A DNA stretch of 64,000 nucleotides from contig OX597818.1 of assembly GCA_951406725.2 (NCBI GenBank), positions 69,626,001 to 69,690,000 of the forward strand, in the 5' to 3' direction. Positions 39,985-55,347 of the stretch are shown here, piece by piece; the stretch's first letter is position 1; each line of letters starts with the position of its first letter. A program made the translations under genes and the position numbers. The notes beneath the pieces were generated by a model. It saw only the letters and a list, made by a program, of their open reading frames with translations, was not told the DNA's origin and did no database searches. Origin of the DNA: Octopus vulgaris. Lineage: Eukaryota.

Positions 39985-41352
39985 GCTCTTTAAAACAAAG
40001 ACCTATTTAGGTGAAGAATGTACACCCCAGCATAGACTAGTCATTGTGACTTTAGGCTCACAGCCAGAAGGATACCAAGAAGCAGACCAATCCAGAAGAG
40101 AAGGATTTGGAAGCTAAAGAACCCTTCACATGGTCAGAGACTAAGGGACATCCTCATTAAGAAGTTTGATGAGAGGGAAGAGGGGCTACAGATTTCAGAC
40201 ATAAAGGGTAGCTGCTAATTCCTATGGGACACCTTACTGAGTGCCATAGACCAAATCTGTGGCTAGTGCAAAGTCCCTTCCAGACCTAGAGTAATGTGGT
40301 GGTGGTGGAATAATACTGTAGACAAGGCCATTAGAGCAAAGAAACAGGCCTGGAAAGCCTGGAAGAGTGGGGGTAGCAGGGAACTGTACCAGATAGCCAA
40401 AAGGGAGGCTGGAAGACACGTATACATAGCCAAGGGAGAAGCAGAAAAGAAGTTTGCCAATGTTCAGAGATGTGAGGACCAAAGAACTGGAGTGTTTTGG
40501 ATTGCAAGACAGTGTGTGAGGGAAAATTATGATGTTATAGGAGAGAAATGTACCTGGATGGATGATGGTGCCCTTGCTTTTAATGATTCTGCAAAGAAAG
40601 AGGCTTGGCGATGCTATTATGAAAGACTGCTGGATGTGGAGAATGAATGGGAGGAGGAGAGCCTGCCAAATGCTGACCCAGTAGAGGGACCAGCTATCTG
40701 AATAGACAGCACCCTAGTAGATAAAGCAATTAAGGGTATGAAGTCAGGAAAAGTCCCGGGCCCATCAGGAATCACTACTGAGATGCTTAAAATATCTGGC
40801 CATATGGGTTATGGCCTAGTCACCCATATTGTAAACCAGGTTGTTCATGATAGAGTCATACCCAATGATTGGTGTAGCAGCACCATAGTCAACCGCTACA
40901 AAGGTAAAGGCTATGCTTCAGATAGAAATAACCACAGGGGTATCAAACTGCTGGATCAGGGGATGAAGGTCACAGCCCAACTAATTAAGGAGAGGCTGCT
41001 TAGATGAAATGTAGTTTTGGTTTTGTGCCATGTAGAAGCCCCACTGATGCTATATTCCTAATACAGCAACTGCAGGTGAAATACCTAGCCAAAGATAATC
41101 CCGTATACTTGGCTTTTGTGGACTTGGAGAAAGCCTTGACAGGATTCCCCGATCCCTTACCTGGTGGACGATGTGGAAACTAGGGATGGACGAAAGGTTA
41201 ATAAGAGCTGCACAGGCCCTATATAGAGATGCCATTAGTAAGGTTAGGGTTGGCAATGAGTATTGTGAAGAATTCCGGGTAGAAGTAGGGGTCCACCAAA
41301 GATCAGCCCTCAGCCCCCTCTTATTCATCATAGTCCTCCAAGCAATAACAGA
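39985..41352 (+). mobile_element. RTE-clade LINE internal fragment (end of APE endonuclease, linker, RT N-terminal half), pseudogenised
   Basis: EECTPQHRLV; WWWNNTVDKAIRAKKQAWKAWK; MKSGKVPGPSGITTEMLK; IPNDWCSSTIV..YKGKG; AFVDLEKA; GVHQRSALSPLLFIIVL. Confidence 0.92.
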
Positions 41353-41724
41353 GGCATTATTAATGTCATGGTTGATGTCTCTGGTCACATAGTTGGTGCT
41401 GATGCTGGTGGTGGTGGTGTGGGTTCTGCTGCTGGTAACATAGGGTGCAGGGTTGGTTACTTCCTCATTGTTGATGATGCTGGTCTGGTCCTCATCTCTT
41501 GCTGTGGGGATGGTACTGGCATCATCAGTTACCTCCTCTGTGTCATTGGAACCAGACTGGTCATCAACTTTGGCTGTGGCATTTATACTGGGGTCGATGG
41601 CATTGGAGCTGGTGATCCTGCTACCATTGTTGTTGGATGGTACATTGCTGGTAAAGTGGTTGCCAGATCTTGGTGTCACCACAGCCTCATAGATGACCCC
41701 TTCGGCCCCCTACTGGACAGTTAA
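41353..41724 (-). pseudogene. Coding-like fragment, probably Penelope-like GIY-YIG start followed by a S/T/N/D-rich segment
   Basis: NCPVGG (frameshift) EGVIYEAVVT, then ~110 open codons. Confidence 0.5.
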
Positions 41725-43046
41725 TGTGTACATATATATACATAAAGGAATTCTAATATGACAAGATGGAATGGACATTTTTTTAATGCTATTTTTGTAA
41801 TAAAGCCTGTTCATTCCATCTTCTCATATTAAAATTCTTAAACTCTACTGATACTTAGGGATTTCCACATGTTATATCTACTAAAAGGAGAATTCCTACT
41901 GTATTGTAATATCTGTTATTGGCTATGTGGATATATTTCTCTCTGTCTATCTATCTATCTATCTATCTATCTCTCTCTCTCTCTCTCTCTATCTATCTCT
42001 CTTTCCCTCTCTCTCTCTCTATTTACATATATATGTGCATGTGAATGTGTATATTTATGTATGTATGTATGTATGTACAAATATTTACATGTATATATAG
42101 TCATATTGAAACAGTGAGATTTGAATTAATTAAAATAATAACCGGGTCCCTCTGAAATCACATCTTACTGTCTTAAAAATAAGGAAGGGCATATTAGATA
42201 ATGCCATTCTAGAAACTCAGCCAGAATATGTTTTATTCTAGGTCTGCTGGGAGTAGTCCTGTGGTTAAATAACAACAGTTGTGTATCATTTATAAATTTC
42301 TAACTTAAATACCTGATAAGACAAATCTCCAAATTTTGTTTTTCTTTTAATTTAAATAAACCTATGATAGACATTGAAAATAATGGCAAATATTTAAGAA
42401 ATGCACAGACATATTATTTAGTAAAAGAGAAAAAAAGAAAGCCTATAGATTTCCAACATCAGTGCCAATCAATTTTGGTATTATTTCACATTTGATAATC
42501 TGATAGGAACCGATATTTTATTGCATCAAGGTTAGAAGGAAGACACATTCCTGGCATATGATGACATTCCAGCATTACTCATTTTTTTTTCTTTTTCTAT
42601 TTATTTTTTCATCTCAAAGAATTCATTAAAATGTCCAAAACAAAATTCATGGAACTATTTATTTTTGATTAATTTATTCCTTTGGTAAATATCCAATTAC
42701 AAGATATTTGATTGCTGTAGTTATTACTTATCATTTTTCATAAATTTATCTATTAAATTGCTGTCAAACTAAGTTCAATGAAATTATAAAATTTGACCAA
42801 CAGTATCTATAAATTTACTCTCAGATAATTATGTTTAGATTAGGGTTGTTTTTTTTTTCTTTTTACAAGTTTCTAAAAATATTGTATTGCTGTAAGCTTA
42901 TAATCTAATAACATAATATTTCTGGTGTGTCACTATGATTTTATCATTGTCCAATGGTAAATTACTATTGCGATCATAATAATGATGATGATGATGATAA
43001 TAATAATAATAATGATAATAATAATAATAATATTAATGATGATAAT

Positions 43047-43197
43047 TTAGGCAGAAGGCCAGTAATTTTGGAACCCCCAAAAAGATGAAAGGCAAGGTAA
43101 ACATCAGTGAAATTTGAACTCACAATGCAAAGACGGAGAAATAGTGCCACTAATCCTTTTGCCTGGTGTGCTAAGGGTTCTGCCAGCTCCCTGCCTT
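43047..43197 (-). mobile_element. SINE family B
   Basis: GATGAAAGGCAAGG...GAAATTTGAACTC...TTCTGCCAGCTC. Confidence 0.7.
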
Positions 43198-44404
43198 ATT
43201 TCCTGCCATATTGTAATGGGATTATTGCATACAGTGTGTATAATATAATGAATGTATAACAATAACAAGATTGTGCTCAGGTGCACAACTCTTTGTTGAG
43301 AAAGTAAAAGAGGCGACACAAAGCAACTCTAAGTCAAATGAAGAAAGACAGCAATGAAAGGAGCTAGAAGTACAAGCACAGCAGGCAGGATAAAAGGGAA
43401 AAAGGAATAAGAAAAGAGCAATAAAGATATAAATAGATAAGTATGCGAGGAAAGTGGAAAGCTGGATGGGGTAAGAAGAGCTGGAAATGATGCATGGAGG
43501 ATGAAGTGAAAGCAATCGGTCTCTCACTTGGTCTGAAATCAAGAAGGAATCCAAAATTGCATCCACTAGCATGAAAGAGCCACAGCGCTATGCTCTCCAT
43601 GGAATAATGTGGACTTACTAAGTAACTATGTCAGAAGCAATGTTGGTAAGTTTTACAAAGCACAGAAATTTTTAAAGATACACTGTCCTGACAACTAACA
43701 ATTTATGTGGGCAGTTTAATCCATGCTTTGACAATTTTAGGCATAACATTGTTTCTGAAAGTCAGTGGTACCGCATTGTGTTTCGACTCATGGAGCACAA
43801 AGTTACAAAGGAAGTACAGAGTCATTTCATTTTTAACTTTTAACTGATCACACAAAACATGAGGAAATAGATTTAGGATTCAGTTATTTGGTGAAGGACA
43901 ACACAACAACAGTAGTAAAATTTGAACTCAAGTTCTCATTCTTTGTAGCTCAATTTCACAGCTTTTGTAGCACATATTATGATAAGAAAATTTCATTTGA
44001 AGGTTCTGTAATTGGAATTCAAAGCAAAGATCTCAGCCAGCAATAGATGTGATTTTCATTGTTGTTCTTCCCCTGGCACAGGTAGCCTCATACAATTGAA
44101 AAGGTGTCAGGGACGAAGAGCTGCTTTCAATAGCAATTTCGTTGGATCACTCTCACCTCTTACCATTCCATTATCCTGGCAATGACACCACAGAATCCAG
44201 CAGCCATTGATCCAACTCAACCAAACACTCATTGCTTCTCCTCTTCATTAGATTGCTATTGTTTCTCTCACTTCCCACATATGACTTCAGATTACGCCTA
44301 ACATCAATTCATTGTTCTCCTCTTGTTTCTATTTCATTTGAATTACTACACAACATTATTTAGGATGCTGCTCTTTCTACTGTTGTTGTCACTGATGTTG
44401 CTAC

Positions 44405-44460
44405 TATCATTATCATTATTATTATTATTATCATTATTATTATTATTATCAATATTATTA

Positions 44461-44536
<76 letters not shown>

Positions 44537-44653
44537 CATCATTATCATTATTATTATTATTATTTTTTTCTTTTTCTTCTTTCAAATTTGCTTCCATTTC
44601 TTGCCGAGTTATTATTATTATTATTATTATTATTATCATCATTATTATTATCA

Positions 44654-44693
<40 letters not shown>

Positions 44694-44725
44694 CATTATT
44701 ATTATTGTTATTATCATCATCATCA

Positions 44726-44759
<34 letters not shown>

Positions 44760-44776
44760 CATCATTATTATTATTA

Positions 44777-44829
<53 letters not shown>

Positions 44830-45022
44830 GTTATTATCATCATCATCATCATTATTATTATTATCATTATTATTATTATCATTATTATTATTATTATTAT
44901 TATTAGGAGTTGTAGTATTAATATAAGCATTATTGTTGTTGTTATTATTATTGTTGTTTTTACATCTGTAATGACTTATAACATCTCTCCTATCGCCTTT
45001 ATGGCAATAAAACAAATCATCA

Positions 45023-45071
<49 letters not shown>

Positions 45072-45075
45072 CGTC
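44405..45075. repeat. (TTA)n/(CAT)n array containing a ~48-bp LINE 3'-end insertion at 44562-44609
   Basis: TTCTTCTTTCAAATTTGCTTCCATTTCTTGCCGAGT identical to the 53209-53350 3' end. Confidence 0.9.
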
Positions 45076-46426
45076 CTTCTCCTCCTCCTCATCATCATTT
45101 ACATCATCATCATCGTCGTCGTCGTCGTCAAAAAATGAAGACAGCCATTTTGTTGTTCATGTTACAATGTTGTTGTTATGAAACATTCTAATCTCGTTAT
45201 TAATCTCTCTCTATTGTCATCGACAATCTCCCCCTTTAACTCCATGCAAATCCACCATATTCACTTATTTGTTTATTTTATCATTTGGCTCTTTTATTTC
45301 CTGTCACCGACATCTTGGACCCTTGAGGGCAATGAAACAAATCATTATTGTTAACATATTTCCCAATGTTTTACGCAAGTTCTTACTGCCCCACCTGATA
45401 GAGCTTTTCAGATGTGTCTAGTATTGTCATCTGGGGTCGTACAATGATGCTTGCGTACAAATCAACTTTTCTTTGTTGCTTCTGGCATTGTTTTAGTGCT
45501 TTGTATCTGTGTTGTTTGGCGTTTGAGAATGGTGGGAATGAGTGCTAGTGTGGAGTGAGGTTTTGGTGAAGTATGGGCTGCGCTTTTGGTAATCATGTAG
45601 AGTAGCAGTCTAGCAGTCATGTAGAGTAAATGTGTTGATATATTATTAGGTGCCAGTTCTGTAGAGTATGGTATATTGGTAGGGTACAGGAAGCATTATA
45701 AAATTTATTGCTTCTTCATTATATAAAAGTCATTATTCTGTAGGGAGGTAGGGCAGTGAACTGACAGAATTGTTAGCATGCTGGGCAAAATAAGTACCAG
45801 TTGTGTACTGGGGTTGATGTAATCAACTTGCTCCCTCCCACCGAAATTGCTGGCCGTATGCTAAAATTTGAAATCATTTTTATTTTATTGGAAGTTGTGT
45901 ACATTAATGGCTGGGTGAGTTCTGTTGTTGTGTGGTGATTGTATATAGATTGTGTTACACAGAGACTGAACCCTATGAACTGTGCCCATGCAGAATATAC
46001 AGAGCTCATGTCTGTCCACTTGTGCCCATGGTGGTCAGAGGGAGCTTAGATCTGTGGGATTCCTTGTTTTGTTCATTAAAAGTTTAATGTAATATTTGTG
46101 ATTTTGAATGAGTTTAAAAGAGTCATGTATTGTCAGATTGACAGAATCTTTCTTAGAACGGAGGCAGTATCCACGAGAACAATTTTTGTAGTTCTGATAC
46201 TTTGAGGTTTCCTGGTATTTTGCTACAGTGTTTAAAAGTGCCATTTATATTATCCATGAAGCTCTACTTATCACAGGAACAGTTGGTCTTCGTCTTCTTC
46301 TTCTTCTTCTTCTTCTTCTTCTTCTTCTCTTTCTTCTTCTTCTTTTCTTTCTTCTTCTTCTTCTTCTTCTTCTTTTTCTTCTTCTTCCTCCTCCTCTTCT
46401 TTTATTATTATTATTGTTGTTGTTAT

Positions 46427-46600
46427 TCTGGCAGATTGGCAGAATTTACATTTATTATGAGTTCAAATCCCACTGATGTTAACTTTGCCTTTTATTCCTC
46501 AGGGGCTGATGAAATAAAGTGCCAGCCAAATATCAGGGTCAATCGTATCAACACCCCGCCCCTCAAAATTACAGACCTTGTGCCTAAATCAGAAGCCATG
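46427..46600 (+). mobile_element. SINE family B fragment
   Basis: GAGTTCAAATCCCACTGATGTTAACTTTGCCTTTTATTCC. Confidence 0.65.
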
Positions 46601-47344
46601 ATTATTATCTTTATTATTAATATTATTATTGTCGTTTACATTGTTGCTGTGGTTATTGTCATAGTTCTTGTCGTCGTCATCATCATCATCATCACTATTA
46701 TTAATATTTTGACATCAGCAATGACTGGATTTTGGGATTTGTAGTTCCACATTTCTGGTGATAAGGTTTGACATTAATTCTCTCCGAGATTTTCCCTGAA
46801 TTACAATTTAAGCCTCTTTTGGTCAAAACAGACTTTTATATTTACTGGAATATAAATATGACATTGAGAGCAGAAGGTTAAATCTGGGTTTATAATATCG
46901 AATTAGGTTCTTAGATTTGTTTATTGACCCCTGAATATATAGGTTCAGATTCTTTTATTCTTGTATTTCTTTCATTCTTTTATTCTTTCACCATTTTCTA
47001 TCATCAGATTGCCTTCATGCTCGGGAAGTGACTTTCAGGGTTCTAGTCAATTATACGCAACCCAAAATCTAATCTTGTTAGTTTATCAAAAGACAAAGTT
47101 CACGTGACATCAGTATTTTTACACAGTTTATCTCTTTTGTATAAACTTTTCTACCAAAACGTATTTCCACCACTTTACACTTCTATGCACAAACAAAACA
47201 AATGCAGAAACATAGTTAACCTGCTTTTAGTGTAGTTACTCTGTGTCCTTGGGTGTCATAAGCAACAACTAAAAGTGTTGATGGCAGGAGAAGCATCCAA
47301 CCATGAAACATTTTCTCTTAAAACATCACCATGAAAAAATGTTG

Positions 47345-47565
47345 TCACTTGTAAGCACACCCCAGTGTCACGCAAATGGCACCCAGACCGGTAGTAGATA
47401 AAAGCACACATTACACTCTCAGTGTGGTTGGCATTAGGAAGGACATCCAACTGTAGAAAACCATGTCAAATCAGACTGGAGTTTGGTGCAGCCTTCCAGT
47501 ATGCCAGCCCCAGTCAAACCATCCAACTCATGCCAGCATGGACAACAGACATTAAATGATGATGA
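47345..47565 (+). mobile_element. SINE family C
   Basis: GTGGTTGGCATTAGGAAGGACATCCAACTGTAG...CATGCCAGCATGG, (GAT)n tail. Confidence 0.8.
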
Positions 47566-47878
47566 TGACATGACGACGACGACAATGATGATGATGATGA
47601 TGATGATGGTATATATATGTTATAAATCAAACAAAGAAAAAAGCCAATTCCTTCAAAGGGATGTAAAATATCCAATTCACTGGTACAACAGTTGAATACC
47701 ACCGATAAAAGGCTATAATTATAATATACAAATATTAAATGAAATAGAGAAATAGAATTGAAAAAGTAAAAATTCATTTACATTATAATATAATATAATA
47801 TAATATAATATAAAAAATATAATATAATATACTATAAAAAATATATTATGATATAATAAAAAATAAGATAACAAATCC

Positions 47879-48138
47879 TTAAAAAACACATATAAAGCCA
47901 ACAATTTTTTTTCACTTATATACAGTAGTGAATTAATAAAAATTGCTATCCATGTATGCAAGCCTCTTTAGGGCCATGGTTCAAAAGAACACACAAATAC
48001 TGCCAATTTGACATGGAATTCCATATGTTCTTTTGAACCATGGCCCTAAAGAGGCTTGCATATATGGAGAGCAATTTTTATTAATTCACTACTGTATATA
48101 AGTGAAAACAAATTGTTGGCTTTATATGTGTTTTTTAA
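47879..48138. repeat. Long inverted repeat (foldback), 113-bp arms and 34-nt spacer
   Basis: 47879-47991 is the reverse complement of 48026-48138 with only a few mismatches. Confidence 0.95.
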
Positions 48139-48278
48139 TGTCTTACATTATGTTTTTTTTATATTATAATGTAAATAAATTTTCGCTCTAAAAATGGTTT
48201 ATTCTCTGTGACCACATGGGTATTGTTGGCGATTTTCTTTCTCAGTCTTCCCTTCATTTGACCTTTCCTTTTTCTATG

Positions 48279-48311
48279 TTTCTGACGAAGAGCTCTGCTC
48301 GAAATGTTAAA
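48279..48311 (+). ncRNA. Minimal hammerhead-like motif within a pLTR-like repeat (~48215-48400)
   Basis: TTT-CTGACGA-AGAGC(TCT)GCTC-GAAA-TGTT-AAA; CUGANGA and GAAA boxes intact. Confidence 0.55.
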
Positions 48312-48416
48312 TCCTCCTTCGTTCTTTCCTTTCCTGAGCATCCAATAATACTATACTTGTTCCACGTCCTTGCGTTGTTGTGTTTTCATGTTTGGATTAA
48401 CTATATATATATATAC

Positions 48417-48449
<33 letters not shown>

Positions 48450-49324
48450 CTTTTCTACTCTAGGCACCGGGCCCGAAATTTTTGAGGAGTGGGGCTGCAG
48501 GGGCACAGGAAAGCAGATGTGAATTGATAAGATAAGGTTGATTGTTGTGTGTGTGTGTCTTTGTTTCTTCCTCTGCTGCTTGGTAACCAGTGTTGGTTTG
48601 TTTACATCTCTGTAACTAAGCATTTTGTCATGAGAGGAACACCTGTTTTAAAGTACAACACCTTCATCCACATCCTCATCCTCATCCTTATCATCATCAT
48701 CACCACCACCACCACCATCATCATCATTATCATCATCATCCTCATCATCATCACCACCATCACCATTATCCCCATCACCATTATCATCATCACCACCACC
48801 ACCATAGTGAATTTATAAAAATTCCTATCATCATTATCATCATTATCCTCATCGCCATCCTCATCGCCATCATCATCGCTATCACCATCATCATCATCAT
48901 CAATATTCCTATTCATTATTTCTCTATTTATTATTCTCTCATTCAATTCAAAATGAAACCACCACATTTTCTCAGCCAACAACAATCTCCTTCAACTTTC
49001 CTCCGCCTCCACCCCCAGCAGCTCTCCCTCCTTTCTCCCCCTCCACCTCTCCTCAATCCTCTTCTCCCCATAACGCCACCCTTACCGTCTCCCTCCCCCT
49101 CCCAACACTCAACTGTTAGTTTAGACATAATACCATTACTATTAATTATTATTTACACTAAATTAGATAGGATTAATTGGAAGGGAAAGTTAACGTGTTT
49201 CTTTCTTCCTTCCTCGTCAGCTGTCAGTGTACTTTTGTTGTTCATTTGTATTCTGGTTATTGTTATTGCATGTGTGTGTGTGAGGGCATGTTTGTATACA
49301 CATTTGTATGTATGTGTGTGTATG

Positions 49325-49329
49325 TATAC

Positions 49330-49422
<93 letters not shown>

Positions 49423-49453
49423 TACACATATATATACATATATATATACACAC

Positions 49454-49485
<32 letters not shown>

Positions 49486-49562
49486 TTACACATATATATA
49501 TATGTGTATATATATATATACATATACATATGTGTATGTATATATATATATATATATATATA
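49325..49562. repeat. (TA)n-rich microsatellite
   Basis: Direct reading. Confidence 0.95.
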
Positions 49563-50140
49563 CATACTCATGCGCATATATATACATATGTACATGATTG
49601 TGTGTGTGTGTGTGTTTCCGTAGTCAGCACATTGTTTTCTTTCTAAACCTCATTGCTTTCAGAACAGAATAAATAAATAAATATTTATAAGAAGCACAGA
49701 AACAAATACACACACACACAGACACTCACACACTCACATTTACATACATATATGAATAGAAATGCATATATACATGTGTGTGTGTGTGTGTGTGCAGGCG
49801 TGAACAGGCACACACTCGTGTGCAATACATAAATGCATAAATATCTAAATAAGGTCCGTACACGCATAAAGCATGATGAATGTCTAAATAACAAAACCAG
49901 GCATTAAATAAGGAGGAGAGAAGAGCTGTGGCTAATAATTTCTAATATCTCTTGATTATTGTGATTTCCCTTAATTCAAATTAAATACTTTTTGCTTCTT
50001 CCTCCTCCTCATCTTTCTTCTTCTCTTCCTCTTATTTTTTTTTGTTCTTTTTTCCTTCTTATTATGATTGCATCATCAGTATGAGTAGTTTGAGATAACT
50101 ATCATCATCATCATCATCATCATCATCATCTTATTATTAC

Positions 50141-50174
<34 letters not shown>

Positions 50175-50500
50175 TTATTATTACCATCATTATCCTCATC
50201 ATCATCTTGTTAGTATTACCATCATCATCATTATCGTCATCATCATCATCGTTAGTATTGTTGCTGATGTTATGGTTGTTGTCTCTGTTGTTGTTTTCGA
50301 AAGTTTTCCCAAATTCTCAGATAAGGACTCTGTAAGTAGCAACAACAACGACAACAACAATCACGACAGCAATTAAACAGAGAAGTTAAATAATAATAAT
50401 AATAATGATGAGAAATTAAACAAATTACAATGCAGCATGAATATTAACGAATCCAAAAGAATTTTAAGGCCAGTGGTGGTGGCAGTGGAGTCAGTGACAG

Positions 50501-50557
50501 TGGTGGTGGTGGTGGTGGTGGTGGTGGTGGTGGTGGTGGTGGTGGTGGTGGTGGTGG
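50501..50557. repeat. (GGT)n microsatellite
   Basis: Direct reading. Confidence 0.95.
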
Positions 50558-50953
50558 TAGTGAAAGAAGCTCACTGAAGGAGGCTTATTAACATCTTTTC
50601 AGATTTGTTTAGGGAGAAAGGATAAAAAAAAGGCCCTCAACCTCACGTATCAGGATAAAATAGCTGTTGTAGGAAACTTGAATAATACCGCATAATTGCT
50701 GGTTAGATTTATACAGCAGAAATGATGGATCCTTTAATTTATTTGAGGGGAATCTTCCGGGGATGGGTGTGGTGTGGTGGAGAGAGGGAGTCCAAACTTA
50801 TATTTTATATTTTCTTCAAATTTATTTCATTTTATTTTTTTCTTCTTCTATATAATTTTATTGTTTTTCACTTTTTTCTTTTTTGTGTTGTTGCTGTTAT
50901 TATTATGATTTTGTTTATTATTATTGCTGTTGTTGTTGTTGGTGTTCTTGTTA

Positions 50954-51175
50954 AGGTGGCAAGCTGGTGGAATTTGTAGTCCACCAAGACAATATAATTT
51001 GCTGTAGTTCATCCATCTTTGTGTTCTGAGATCAAATCCCAACAAGGCCAGCTTTGCTTTCATCATTTACGGGGTTGAAAAACGGAATTACCAGTCAAGT
51101 ACTGGGGGTCAATGTCATTAACTCACCCATCCCTGCAAAAACTGCCACCTGTGACAAAGTTTGAGACCATTATTA

Positions 51176-51227
<52 letters not shown>

Positions 51228-51535
51228 TATTATTATTATCATTATCATTACTACTACTACTACTGCTGCTGCTGCTACTACTACTACTACTACTACTGCT
51301 GCTGCATCTGCTACTGCAAAAGTGGTGCACAAACTGAATTGTTAGCATGCTGGACAACATATTTAGTAAGAGTATTGTCCATTTTTACATTATGAGTTCA
51401 AATTCTGTCAAACTCAACTTTGTCTTTCATGCAATTGGGGTTGATAAAATATCGGTTGTGCCCTGGGGTCAATGGAATCCACTAACTTCTCTCCTCTACC
51501 CAAATTTCTGGTTTTGTGCTTATAGAAGAAAGGAT
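50954..51535 (+). mobile_element. Two diverged SINE family B copies (50954-51170 and 51330-51535) separated by a microsatellite
   Basis: B-box-like GAGATCAAATCC / GAGTTCAAATTC, CTTTGCTTTCATC, CTGGGGTCAATG. Confidence 0.7.
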
Positions 51536-51544
51536 TATTATCAT

Positions 51545-52430
51545 TATTATTTCTTCTTATCACAGGTTTTGTAGGAATTCCTGGAGTCTTGCACGCATAA
51601 CAGGCTTCCTACTTTCAGCTTACGGTACCATGCAATTCATAAAATAAACTTTCTTTACTAGTACCTACAATCTTGCTACTCCTGCCCTTGGGTGGAGTCC
51701 CCCCATTCACATTGAATTCCTTCCCGGTTCTTCTGTCTACCTTTGCTAATTCAGTTTTTGTCCAATCTACAAAAGCTGCTGAGTATCGAAGTAATGATAT
51801 AGCCCAAATATTTACAGCCTTCACAAGATTCGAACCATTTACCTTTGACTTCATCAGCTTCCTCACCCTTCTCATGTACTCCTTGTCAATTTTCATTTTT
51901 CCTTTCTGCAATTGGTACTCCCTCAGATTCTAATACTCCTAGATACTTATAACTCTCTCTCCCCCATCAATGTTTTTAATGTCTGGCCATCAGGTAATTG
52001 GATGCCTTCGCTGCTCACTACCTGTCCCCTTCTCATGACTAATATTACACACTTATCTATACCAAATTCCATGCCCATATCTTTGTTGAAGGGTCTTACA
52101 GTCTGTATTAAGGAATCTATTTCTGTTTCATTCTTACTAAAAAGTTTCAGATCATCCATGTAGAGCAAATGGTTAATTTTTCCTTTACTATTTCTGAACT
52201 GATTCCATGCCTTCGCCTTCCTTAATACTAAACTGAGGGAGATCAAAGAATTAGGCAAATATTAAAGGGGATAACGAGTCCCCCTGGGAAATTCCTCTTT
52301 TAATGTTAACTTCCTCTAAGAGTGTGTCAACTGAGTAGAGATCTGCTTTCCATTTCTTCATGCTAAAGCTAATTAATTCTGTTATGTTGTATGCTACACT
52401 GAATATACTCAGACATTCACTTATCCATTT
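51545..52430 (-). mobile_element. RLE non-LTR retrotransposon RT fragment
   Basis: IKRGISQGDSLSPL; INHLLYMDDLKLF; GMEFGIDKC; KEYMRRVRKLMKSKVNGSNLVKAVNIWA; TAA-type repeats on both sides. Confidence 0.9.
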
Positions 52431-52512
52431 TATCAGATGTAGCAGGAGTTATTATTATTATTATCATTATTATTATTATTATGATTATTATTATTATTAT
52501 TATTATTATTAT

Positions 52513-55050
<2,538 letters not shown>

Positions 55051-55083
55051 ATTTTTTTTATATTCTTATTATTATTATTATTA

Positions 55084-55233
55084 CTTTTTTTTTTCTTCTT
55101 TCAAATTTGCTTCCATTTCTTGCCGAGTGTCTTCCCGACTCCTAGGGCAAAGAAACTCATAGTATACATTGGTAGGCCATTAAACCAAACTCAGTAGTTC
55201 GTTCATTTTTTTTTTTTTTTTTTTTTTTTAAAG
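55084..55233 (-). mobile_element. Solo 3'-end copy (~150 bp) of the adjacent R4/Dong-like element
   Basis: Near-identical to 53209-53350 (one visible substitution outside the poly-T runs). Confidence 0.9.
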
Positions 55234-55272
55234 TTATTATTATTATTATTATTATCATTATTATTATTATTA

Positions 55273-55333
<61 letters not shown>

Positions 55334-55347
55334 CATCATTATTATTA

